Below are positions 48,013-58,549 of a stretch of 64,000 nucleotides of DNA, one piece after another. The notes under the pieces are model-generated. The model made no database searches and was not told where the DNA came from. It saw only the letters and a list, made by a program, of their open reading frames with translations. The DNA is from Harriotta raleighana (lineage: Eukaryota), in the NCBI GenBank assembly GCA_050575255.1, contig JBNZDD010013707.1:3854596-3918595 (forward strand), read 5' to 3'. Both the position numbers and the translations under genes were made by a program. How positions within the stretch are numbered: the stretch's first letter is position 1; each line of letters opens with the position of its first letter.

Positions 48013-48078
48013 TGCCTTGGGACGTCCTCCTGACGTGAAACGCGCTCTATAAATGTAATTTTGTTGTTGTTGTTGTTG
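48013..48078 (+). mobile_element. isolated L2 tail (type A)
   Basis: TGCCTTGGGACGTCCTCCTGACGTGAAACGCGCTCTATAAATGTAATTTT(GTT)n. Confidence 0.9.
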
Positions 48079-48849
48079 ATCAGAAACTTTCCATTGTGGC
48101 TGATTAAAAGGCTGTTACAACGCTACTTTTGTTTTAATTTAAAAGGACAGGGCTTGTCTTTTTGAGGCAGTGCTGCGTCTGTTTACTGATCAGATTTATT
48201 TACAATAATTTTGTTTCATGAGAGGATTGAGAAATGTTCACGTTTGATTTTCAATTTATTTCAGATTGAGCTTGTACAGTCTGACCTCGGACCTGCTTCG
48301 TTTATGACCCATTCACTGCTCTCCTGAGTGTTTGCCAAAAGCCTGTCTTATGAAGCCCAGTTCTGGTTGATCTGACATGGTCTGTACAGTTGGGGTTTCT
48401 TTGTTATGTAGCTCAGGCATCTTATTATACTCGAGAACCACGTTTTGTTGAGATCAATGCGTTTGGATTTTCTTTTGAATTTGTGAATAGTTAATCCATT
48501 CTCAGTTCTAAAAAAAGGAATGGAAAGAAAAGTAAATGAAGTGGTGGAGTTAAGGTGGATGAAATGAAGAAATCATTTGAAATATATATGAGAAAAGCAA
48601 GGGCTGTCATTCACTCAGTCTCAGGGAAACAAGGTTGTGCAGCACATTTCAAATCTTTCAATTAGCCTGCCATTCATACAATATCAAACCTAAATGTGTT
48701 TTTTCCTTCCCTCGCTTCCCATCTTCTCGACTCTGACTCAAAAGGTTGTGAGTTCAAGTCTCACATCGAGGTTTTGAACTCAATAGACTGATGAAATTTG
48801 CCAAGGAGGAAGCTGAAAGAGAGTGTTAGTTGACTTGTCATTCACTATG

Positions 48850-49220
48850 TCAAAACAGTATGAGGCAGCAATAAACAAAGCAAATAGGCTGTTTGGGGCT
48901 GCAAAACACTTGAGTTTAGATCCCTAGATGTCATTCGCATATTCTACAGTGATCAGTCCACAACTTGAATACTGTCTTGAGAGAAGGTGATTCAGGGGAG
49001 ACCTCATTAAGGCGTGGAAATTTTTTAATGGGATTAAAAACAAGAACAACAAAATTACATTTGTATTGCGCCTTTCAGGAGGATGTCCCAAGGCGCTGAA
49101 AAATAAAACTAAATCAATACTTTATGCAACAAAATACTATGATTGATGTGTGTTTTGGAAGGATGAGATTGGATGGACTGAAGAGTCTTCATCGTCCAAA
49201 CCAATGTTGTGGTCTTATGT
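48850..49220 (+). mobile_element. decayed CR1 with a nested antisense L2 tail (49041-49098)
   Basis: AAINKANRLFG...PQLEYC...RRR*FRGDLIKAWKF. Confidence 0.7.
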
Positions 49221-49224
49221 GTAT

Positions 49225-49765
49225 GACACTGCAATGTAGTGCTGGGAGTGTGCTGCAGTGCTGGAGATAGCGACCTTCACATGAAACTGAGGTTCCATCC
49301 ACCTGTTCAGGAGTCCTGTAGCTCAGTGGTTATAGCATTCGCCTTGCAAGGAGAGACCTGGGTTCAATTCCAGGCAGGGAGAAAACTTGGGCAAGTTTTC
49401 TTACTCCACATGCCTGATAATAATTCCTAAAAAAAACTTCAATCCACAACTGTTTGTGGGACGCGGTTTGCGCAATTGGCTCCCACGTTTCGCCCACAAA
49501 TCAATCAAAAAATCAATCCAAATTTTATTTATNTGTTTGTGGGACGCGGTTTGCGCAATTGGCTCCCACGTTTCGCCCACAAATACACAGTCACTTCATT
49601 TTACAGTATATTCTGCAAAGCGCTTTGAGATGTCTGGAAGACGTGAAAAGCAGTATATCAAATGCAAGGATGATTATTTTTATTATGTTAGAGACCTCGT
49701 GGAGCTTCTTGAAAACAGAAATTTCTCCTGGGGTGTCCTAGCCACCAATCCTACAGATAAGTGGG
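49225..49765 (+). mobile_element. DeuSINE remnant interrupted by a young SINE
   Basis: Deu domain at 49225-49309 resumes at 49687-49765 (GGGTGTCCTAGCCACCAATCC). Confidence 0.7.
49310..49686 (+). mobile_element. young full-length SINE spanning an N join
   Basis: GGAGTCCTGTAGCTCAGTGG (box A)...GGTTCAATTCC (box B); 51 bp duplicated around N49533. Confidence 0.93.
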
Positions 49766-49828
49766 ACGTCATCCCGATGTGAAAGGCGCTATTTAATGTA
49801 ATTTTTATTGTTTGATTGAAATGGGATA

Positions 49829-49894
49829 GGAGTCCTGTGGAGAATTGGATGGAGCACTTGCCTCATAAGCAAGAGGACCTGAGTTTGATTCCCT
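49829..49894 (+). mobile_element. SINE tRNA-like head only
   Basis: GGAGTCCTGTGGAG...GAGCACTTGCCTCATAAGCAAGAGGACCTGAGTTTGATTCC. Confidence 0.75.
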
Positions 49895-49899
49895 TGCAA

Positions 49900-50063
49900 G
49901 ATTTTTATTTTTATATTTATATATTATATTTATATAGCGCCTTTCACGTCAGGAGGACGTCCCAAGGCGCTGTACAGTCAGGTGGGGGGAGGGGTCGGGG
50001 GAAAAAAAGTAGGAAAAACTGACTGTGTATTTGTGGGCGAAACGCGGCAGCCAAATTGCGCAT
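49900..50063 (-). mobile_element. young SINE variant: shared body joined to type-A L2 tail
   Basis: reverse: TGCGCAATTTGGCTGCCGCGTTTCGCCCACAAATACACAGTCAG...CAGCGCCTTGGGACGTCCTCCTGACGTGAAAGGCGCTAT. Confidence 0.9.
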
Positions 50064-50345
50064 GATATTTTAGGCATGTTTCCTGACTTCAAACATCTCC
50101 GTAATTAAGAACCTGGTTTCCACTGGTTATAATCCTTTGTAGAAAAAATGTGGTGATTGAATCCACGACTGTTTGTGAGGAGAAAGTATATGAATTAATA
50201 GATTTAAAAAGTGTGGTCTATTACAAAACTGAGATATGTTTATTGATTTTTAAATTGGTTGTTTTGTAAGAATCATTACGTTTTTACATTTTCTTAATAG
50301 CTAACCTGAGACATTGCTCTAGAATCTTCACTATTAGTCCCATAC

Positions 50346-50755
50346 AGTCCTGTAGCTTAGTGGTTAAGCACTTGCCTTGCAAGTGAGAATACCTTCCAGT
50401 ACATAAATAAATAAAAACTTGGTCATTCTATCCATGGCAGATTGTGGGACACTGCTGTGTGCAATTGGCTACTGCTTTTCACCCACAAAATATACAACCA
50501 ATTCACTTTACAGTACATTCTGTTAAGAGCTTTGAGATGTCTCAAAGATGTGATAAGGTGTTAGAGATCAAATCCAAGGATTATTATATTTTTATATGAT
50601 TGGTCATTCACATCATGGCTGTTTGTAGAAGATTGCTGGGTGTAAATTGCCTGCCACCATCGCTTACAAAATACACAATCACTACCTATACAGTAAACCT
50701 GTGAAAGTTTTGAGATGTGCTTCCAATATGAAAGATGCTCTATCAAATGCAATAT
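50346..50755 (+). mobile_element. internally deleted SINE (50346-50590) followed by DeuSINE 3' part
   Basis: AGTCCTGTAGCTTAGTGGTTAAGCACTTGCCTTGCAAG head; two successive tails. Confidence 0.85.
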
Positions 50756-50879
50756 CTATCTCGATATATGTTTATGCTGATGCTTTGGCCATACTTCTAG
50801 ACTGCTTTGGGATTCAGGATTTTCTGGTCACACATTTTGCAGGAAATCTTGCCAAACCTGGCACATAGGATTCAGAGTC

Positions 50880-51400
50880 TCACAGGTTAGACCCGGGCGC
50901 TGCCATTGAAGATCTAATTTAAATTTTGCCCGACCTTGTGTACAAGTCTGCAATGCGACCTTGTTTCCTGTAGCTGTTTCTGTGAAACAATCTTTCTGAA
51001 CAAGAGCTAGCATGAACAGAAATGTAGCGAGCGGCAGACTTCGGCAGTCCAGAGGGAGACAGAGGAAATGACTTGTAACTGAGTGGATCTGACCCTGTGC
51101 ATAATTCATAATCATTAGTTTAAATGACAGTTCTATGATATTTGTGTCACTGCTCTGAACCCTGCAGATTTCCAGGCAAATGGTCCAATCAGTTCTTGGG
51201 TTGTGACCTCCTCCCATTGAAAGGCATGACTGATAATAGCAGGGAATGTTTGCTTAATGTGCTCTCCCAGCTCTTTGCTCAACAGTTAGAACCAAAGTGA
51301 AACCGTGGCAATGACTACAGTAAGATGTTAGATCTAGCTGTGGATAAATTGAAAGGGATGAGATGTGATATTGCCACCCATTCATTTTGATTGGGTCAAT
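50880..51400. promoter_or_regulatory. candidate conserved non-coding element
   Basis: TE-free; CATAATTCATAATCATTAG, AATGACAG, CCAATCA motifs. Confidence 0.35.
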
Positions 51401-51420
51401 GAGTCCATAGAAAAGCATTT

Positions 51421-51423
<3 letters not shown>

Positions 51424-51452
<29 letters not shown>
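51424..51452 (+). repeat. (GT)n microsatellite
   Basis: directly visible. Confidence 0.97.
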
Positions 51453-51455
<3 letters not shown>

Positions 51456-52224
51456 CTGGAAATCGTGATTTACTGAACAATAAAGCAGGTGATGTTGAAA
51501 AGTAGGGAGTTCATCAAGGTTAAGCCACTTTTTTTTTTCTTGAACTCTCTCCTTCCCTCTTGCCCTGAGCCTTCTCATATCCACAGACATTCACCAAACA
51601 GGAGGTGCATTTGACAGCAAATGGGAGATTGTTTCTCCTTTATCTTTGAAGCGCACAATTCTTCTAAAATAGACAAGAACTGAGGAAACACAGGCAAGCT
51701 GTGAATGAAGTATTCAAGTGAAAGATTAGCACTGTGGAGAGTGACCATCTGGTCAGGAAGACAACACAGTGACCATCCCAGAACAATAATTATCATATCG
51801 ATCAAAATTGTGATCTAAACCAGTTTAAAATTGTTGGCAAGTTTGGGTGGAAACTGGAAAGCTCTTTCAGACGTTTTGATACTAAAGGCACTATATGACC
51901 AATGGAAATATTTTTTCTGTATCAACTATCAAAACTCTTCAAGATTTTAAATCACCACATATTGGATCCCATCCTTACTCTTCAAATAGTTGTGCAATAG
52001 CCCTTTCAGATGGGTAAGTAATTCTCTGCTTCTGGGTGCTTTTAATGACAATCAAAGAATTGCCCCTTCAGTTGCCAGAGACCTTGACTGCCCGTGCTGT
52101 CAACATGGCATATGCACAAAGCGTTACAACCTTGTGATAAATTCTGATACGATTCCAGAACAATTTACTCGTTGTTGAGTCAGTCACAAAGGGTATAAAT
52201 CCAGGTTTGATACCAGAAGGAAAA

Positions 52225-52470
52225 AAGCAGGAGGTTACAAGAACATTTTTTGTTAGAATGTGTATGCCTTGCAACAGATGTCCGTTGAAGCCATGTCCAC
52301 AACTGCATTTTCAAGGGAACTGGATAAATACTTGAAGAAAATGAATATTAAGGTAAAAGAGCAAGGGCCTGGGATTAGAGTAATAGCTCCTGTGGAGGAG
52401 TTCGCACCAGAACAGACATGTATAACCTCCATCTGTGTTGTATACGTCCACAATTCTATGATTCTATATC
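52225..52470 (+). mobile_element. CR1 3' end
   Basis: VRMCYALQQMSVEAMSTTAFSRELDKYLK-like frame; ATTCTATGATTCTAT tail. Confidence 0.85.
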
Positions 52471-52829
52471 ATGTTTGTGTTTACAAATGGAACAACAGGT
52501 AATTAAAATGAATCATAGAAGTGTTTAAAGTCCACTTTTTTTTGTTTTGTGTATGTGCCCAGTAAGCTTAAAGTCAAAAAGATACCCCTACACTCTTCAA
52601 ACAATTAGCTGACCACCTGCTGTAATGCTGAACACAGCAAATAGTTTTCCCTCATGTTGTTTTGTGAGAAGAGGCCAGTTTTGTTCAGGGTTCAATGTAT
52701 TGCAAAGGAGTATGTAGAATTGCTGTGGTCACAGAGCTATCAGGAAACAGGGAGGGAAAAGACATTTTCTAATGTAATCCATAGGTTCATATCCTTAATG
52801 GGATAGAAGCTAAACGTCTCTTAATTATA

Positions 52830-53115
52830 ATAATCATAATAATAATGGTTGCATTTAATATAGGGTCTTTCATATCAGGAAGTCACTTCAAAGCACAGGA
52901 TTTACAGTGCAGCATGTTAACTGTGCATTATGTTGGAATGTGACAGCTGATTTGCATACAGCAGTGTCCCATGAACAGCCTTGAAATGAATAACTAATTT
53001 TAACTGGGGGATTGTTGGCCTGGATGTCGGGAGAAACTCTATTTTCCTTTTAATCTTTAACGTCCACCTAAACAGACAGGTTGGACCTCAGTTTAAAGTC
53101 TCAGCCAAAGGACAG
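52830..53115 (-). mobile_element. DeuSINE
   Basis: ATTGTTGGCCTGGATGTCGGGAGAAAC...TCTTTAACGTCCACCT...CCTCAGTTTAAAGTCTCAGCCAAAGGACAG. Confidence 0.82.
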
Positions 53116-53809
53116 ATGGAGAGACGGGTTAACTAAGCAAGGTTAATGTCACTTTTTATACACACACCGTTGACACCAGAATGCTGGGTAAGAGTACAGT
53201 ATTTAGTTGACCAGAAACAAAACAAATATCAAGCAGTTGTCTCACAAGCAATTAAGTAGCAGCGACACCATGACAATTTTAAGGCAACGCAGTGGAATCA
53301 GTGATTCAAATGGGATGTACAATTTACAGCTTTGAAATTGGTGGTGTCACAACCCATCCCAAATTAATTATTTATGTTGTTCGCTATTGTAACATGTATC
53401 TCCTTACCATTGCCTACTGTCAGAATATTTTTTTAAAAAAATCTGATTAATAAAAAGAATCCACACTTCTACGTCTTGTGCACTGTATCATTAATCAGTT
53501 ATCCTGGAATCAGCCAGTTCCACCTGACAGGTCAGGTTAGCCTGTTTTCCTGACCTCAGGGCTCAAGTACAAAGGCAAGTAGTGATATCCCGTCTGTCTT
53601 AGTGACTGCTTCATTATGAGAATTGTCAATCACTTGTTCAGCCAGTGATGATGACAAGCGGGTTCGGCAGCTGGCAATGTGATAATACCTCCTTTGAGTG
53701 TTGGTTCCTTTTCTCAGTAGTTGACCCTTGTAACTTAAAGAAAATAACTGGGGATACAACTCAAATAGGGGGTGGGGTGGAATGTGGTTGCAGACCCTAT
53801 CGAAAGATT

Positions 53810-54156
53810 GGAGTCCTGTGGAGTAGTTGCTACCACTCACCTCGCAAGCGACAAGACCCGGATTGGATTCTTGGCAGGCAAAACTTTAGGCAAGTTTCCT
53901 TACTCCACGCTCCTTCGTTTAATTAGCAGCAAGCAGGAACTGGTTGTCAGTCAATTGGCAGATAGCTTTCCAGGGTTAATAATCCCTTCAAAAAATAAAT
54001 AAATTGGTCATTCAATCCATGACTGTTTGTGGCACATGACTGTGCACAATTGGCTGTAGTAGTTCACTCACAAAATACACTTTTAATTCACTTTACAGTA
54101 TATTCTGTGAAGCACTTTGAGATGTCTTGAAGATGTGATAAGGTGCTTTATCAAAT
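53810..54156 (+). mobile_element. long-form SINE (extended CORE)
   Basis: head plus ~65 extra bp (CCTTCGTTTAATTAGCAGC...CAGGGT) between the CORE-like segment and TAATAATCCC. Confidence 0.88.
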
Positions 54157-54389
54157 ACCCACAAATGTTGCTGAAAAAATGTTAAAAATGAATCTAGATT
54201 CTTTCCCACACTCTTCCTAGTTGGTAAAGGCAATGCCCAGTGAGGGGCTGAGCCATACAGACTGACAGTGTGTAGAACGAGATCCCTGAAAACACCAAGA
54301 ATGTTTCAGTATAAACTGTGTGGCTGCATTATACTTGACTCTCAAATGCTGTGTACTGCAACCAATGGCCAACATAAAACAATAATTCA

Positions 54390-54606
54390 ATTTACCGTAT
54401 ATTTGTGGGCAAAACACAGCAGCCAATTGCCCACAGCAGTGACCCACAAACAATTGTGGATTGAAATGACCAATTTATTTTTGAGGGATTATTATTAGGT
54501 GACTGGAGTAAGGAAACTTGCCCAAGATTTCGCCCTGATCTGACTGGATTCGAAACACAGGTCTCATGTTTATAAGGCAAGTGCTCTAACCACTGAGCTA
54601 CAGGGC
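54390..54606 (-). mobile_element. SINE (short form) lacking the 3' tail
   Basis: reverse: CCTGTAGCTCAGTGGTTAGAGCACTTGCC...GGGCGAAATCTTGGGCAAGT. Confidence 0.9.
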
Positions 54607-54974
54607 GTAATTGTTGAGATAGAGTCTATAATGTTAAAAAATGTCAAAGCATTTCACAAGTAATTGCTGTTAGGTAGAACAATTGTATTTTTAGGGCATA
54701 CTGGCAGCCAACTTGCTCACAACAAGATTCCACTAAAATTTTAATAAAGTCTATCTGGTGGGGAGCTGCTAATGTAAGTTAAAATGCAAGTACATGCAGT
54801 TCAGGTGTGAACAACCTGTGATTTTGTTGTTATTCATTACAAATAGACCAGTACAGATATTGTCTCCACTGTTGATTCAATCTTTTCTCATTGCTTTTGC
54901 AACATTTGCAAAGCCCTCTCTGTTATTGCACAATCCACCCTCATAACAAGGCTCTTTGTTCTAGTTTCACCTCT

Positions 54975-55091
54975 GTTATAAGACTGCTGAACCTTGACTC
55001 CTAACTTTTCTCCGCTGTTGTCCTATGTTCGGGCNGTTATAAGACTGCTGAACCTTGACTCCTAACTTTTCTCCGCTGTTGTCCTATGTTC
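54975..55091. other. 56-bp exact duplication around a single N (assembly join)
   Basis: 54975-55030 = 55036-55091; N at 55035. Confidence 0.9.
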
Positions 55092-55310
55092 ACTGTAATA
55101 GACACTTTGTTGATCATGTGAAGTGCTTCAATCCCAAGGACCGATTGTAGCAAAGGCAGAATGTGCCTCCTGTCAGGTTACATCTGTTTGTTTCATCCAA
55201 CTTGCTTTTACTTTTTAATAAATGTGTAATATTTTTCATTCACTGTTTATAAGCTCACTAGAAAGATCAAAATCTGATGGACAAGTTGAACTTGATACAG
55301 TAGTAAGTTA

Positions 55311-55563
55311 AAAACAGAAATTGCTGGAACACTTAGCAGGTCAGGCAGCATCTATGGAGAAAGGAAAGTGAGTCAATGTTTCTGGTCCATGACCCTTCGT
55401 CAGAACTGTGGCATATTGGGTGGGAAGAGTTCTGATGAAGGGTTGTGGACCCGAAACGTTGACTCACTTTCCTTTCTCCTTAGATGCTGTCTGACCTGTT
55501 GAGTGTTCCAGCGATTTCTGTTTCTGTTTCAGATTTCCAGCATCCAGTAGTTTGCGTTTTTGA
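55311..55563. mobile_element. palindromic Penelope-derived element with target-site duplication
   Basis: ~97-bp inverted arms (55311-55407 / 55428-55523), 20-nt spacer; flanks TAGTAAGTTA (55301-55310) / TAGTAAATTA (55564-55573). Confidence 0.85.
55427..55465 (+). ncRNA. minimal type-I hammerhead ribozyme motif
   Basis: GAGTT-CTGATGA-A-GGGTT gtg GACCC-GAAA-CG-T-T-GACTC: helix I, core, helix II, palindromic ACGT helix III, GUU cleavage triplet. Confidence 0.7.
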
Positions 55564-55654
55564 TAGTAAATTATGTCCTTTTGCCTTTTGCATTGGTTCC
55601 ATACCTTTTTCTTTGCACAATTTTACGATTCAAAAATAGCTGTTCTGAATTAAA

Positions 55655-55865
55655 CAGGAATACAAAACGGTAGAGATGCCAATTTTGTTCTGGCCAACAA
55701 TCCCATAGTTTAATAGGTCATTCACTTCATGGCTCTTTGTGGGAACTTGCTGTGAGTGTAAAATGGCTGTCACATTTGGTTTCTAAAAAGACAAAGAATC
55801 GACAGAATTAATTGAACTTAGAGACTTCTGATGTAAAAGTGCTATCACAATGTAAATTTTTTCTT
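55655..55865 (+). mobile_element. DeuSINE 3' part
   Basis: GTTCTGGCCAACAATCCC...GGTCATTCACTTCATGGCTCTTTGTGGGAACTTGCTGTG. Confidence 0.75.
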
Positions 55866-55959
55866 CTTAAATATTATTAGGATGAGTGTACACCACCTTC
55901 AAGGAACTATACAATAAAACAGTTCAAACATTGGTTAATAAGTACCCACTGCACCACCC

Positions 55960-56380
55960 AGATACTAGAAATGTGCTTTATGAAATGTGCATGTGCACTG
56001 TGGAGTTTGTACCTGGAAAATACACACAGTGAGTGCAATGGACTGTATTATGAATGGTTGTTTACTCAGGGAGGCTGGCAGTGTTATTGCTTGTCCTTCT
56101 GGGACAGCTGCTCCGTGGAGAACTGAGGTTCTCTGCCTTACTAATTTCTCCAGCCTCAGTGAAAGGATGACAAGGTGTGCAAACATCTCCATAGTGAACA
56201 AGGGCCGAGTAATTAATTTGCTGAGGATCCTGGACCTGAGGTGGCCTAATGCCTTGTAATCGTTTATCACAGATTGATGCAGATGTTTGCGTTCAGTTGG
56301 TGAATGGTTTCTGTAAAGTTAATAGAGCACATTCGTTTCATAGGAACATTGCACAATAAAATCACGATCATTCATTTTTT
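55960..56380. promoter_or_regulatory. candidate conserved non-coding element
   Basis: GTAATTAATTTG, AGATTGAT, CTAATTTC, ACATTGCACAAT motifs; TE-free. Confidence 0.4.
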
Positions 56381-58159
56381 TCTTCACCAAATATTTTAAA
56401 ATAAATAAAATTACTTATGTCCTTCCTCTCCTGAAGGTGTTGATTTCTACAGTTGTTGTTGGTAATATGTTTGATCAGTATTATTAGTAATGTGCCCAAC
56501 GAGTGTTGTTAGTAACCTGTCTGGTGAATGTCATCAGTAACTTATCTGCTAGGCGTCTTCTGTACCAAGGGGCCCATTGTTTTTGCTTCTCCTTCTGGGA
56601 AGCTGCTGCATGGAGTCATTGAGGTGCTCTGACTTATTGATTTCTCTTCTAATTCCTCCAACAAAATTCTGTTCCATTCCCTCTGCTCTTCCAACTCTGA
56701 TTCATTGCTTGTTCCACAATCTCTCCATCTCACTGTTGTTGGCTGAGCCTTCAATCATTTTGTCCTTGCTCTCCAGAACTCTTTAAAAATCCTTTGCCAG
56801 CTCCTTCTCTTGTAAAGCCTCCTATAAACTTTTTAAAAACATACTGAATAGGTTTGCAGCTTTGAGGTGAACCAAAATTTGTAGATCCAAGCAGATGAAA
56901 AACTGCACCTTCCACAAAATTGCATCAAGTTATATCAACTTGGTCTTTTGAGTAATAGTTATAATAATCCTTGCTTTTGGTATAGGGTCTTTCATATCAG
57001 GAGGATGTCCCAAAGTGCTTCACAGGAATTTCAGTGAAGTAGAGTGATTGTATTTATGGGTGAAGTAATTATTTTTCATTGATTTGGTATTAATCTAAAA
57101 AAAAGTTGCTGTACTCCACAGTAAACTCTGAAACTCTTTGAGAAATTTGATGACATGACAAGGTACCTCTGTACTGTACTATCAAATTCAAAAAATATTA
57201 TTTACTGTTATCTGCATGTTTTCATTCATAGGGAGTTGGAAGAGGGCTGGTGGTAAGCAACAATTGTTGTTAACCAATCCAACAATTTGTAACAACAATT
57301 TTCACGTATCAAAACACTTTTCTTGTAGGAGAATATTTCAAAGTGCTTTTCAGAAAGGGAGTATGAGCCTAGGATGGGTGGAGATTAGGGTGGTAAATGG
57401 GAAGTGGAACCAAGGTGCAAACATAGAGATATGTTTGATGGGTTTTTGGAAGAGAGAGCTCCAGAAGAGTGAGAATGAAAGACATGTAGCACACCCCCAA
57501 CACTACAACGGAGTGGCTGTATGATTATCGAAGGATGACAAGGAATTTGAACCCCCAAACGTCTGATATACTTACACAGAGGCAAATGAGCCAGACTTGA
57601 CACTTAGGGATAGCTTTAGACAGTTGTGCGGAGCAATATTATATACCATTTATGCTTAATAAACTAAAAAGTGAATATTTCTCTAAAATGAATAAGTAAA
57701 TGAGATTCAGCACCAGTCTGCTAAGGTAATAATGGAGGCCAAAAAATGTACAAATTGTTCATTAGAGCTCAAAATTCAAACAAGACTGCAAAATGAGAGC
57801 AATGTCACGGGTTCTACAATCCACTGTATCCATACTGATTAATATAATCATTACAACTTCCTTTCCAATTAAACATGAATAGTTATGATCTCAGCATATT
57901 AAATCCATTATATTGAATCTAATTATTAGTATTTTCCAGATACACTCCCCATATATTGAAATTTTAATTAGTACCAATCCAGTCTTCTTAATAAAGGCTA
58001 ATCTGTAACAAAAGAAAATCCCAATTTCTCTCCATTTGCTTGTGGATGTATTAATAGCAAAGGTCGACTAAAATGTCTATTTGCCAGGCTTCTTTAGCTC
58101 CCTGATACAGAACAAGATCTTCACTCTCACTTCACTATCTGAATCCTTCACTCAGCTGA

Positions 58160-58545
58160 CTTGGGTCGTCTACATTTCAAGGCCCTCCGTAGCCTTGCTC
58201 CCTCCTAACTCTGCAACTTGCTAACCCCATATCAACCTGTCCACACTCTCTATTCAGCAAACTCTGACCTGCTTCACGTACCCCGCCCAACCCATCCCAG
58301 AATCTGTTAGGCCCTCAACCTCTCTGACCCATGCTTTGGAATTCCAACCCACAGTATCTTTGCCTTGCTCCCTCCCTTGCCTCCTTCTTCGACCGTGCCT
58401 TTGTCCACCCTTCTAGACCTACCCTCCCAACACTCCACCGCTCGTGATCTCAAACCCTTGCCCAAATCTAAATCCTTGACTGTCTGGTGCCTTGGGATGT
58501 GCTCCCAACATGAAAGGCACTACAAAAATGTAATTTGTGGTTGTA
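58160..58545 (+). mobile_element. L2 3' portion (type A tail)
   Basis: TTCAAGGCCCTCCGTAGCCTTGCTCCCTCCTAACTC (FKAL..LAPS.L); TGCCTTGGGATGTGCTCCCAACATGAAAGGCAC. Confidence 0.85.
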
Positions 58546-58549
58546 TTTC

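Noticed and set aside
49310-49380. tRNA-Ala(TGC)-like gene with box A and box B
   Set aside because: It is the head of a SINE that continues into CORE/Deu/L2-tail sequence; anticodon stem disrupted. Same for 5187, 34499 and 59068
54975-55091. 56-bp tandem duplication
   Set aside because: Exact overlap around a single N: an assembly join, not a real repeat
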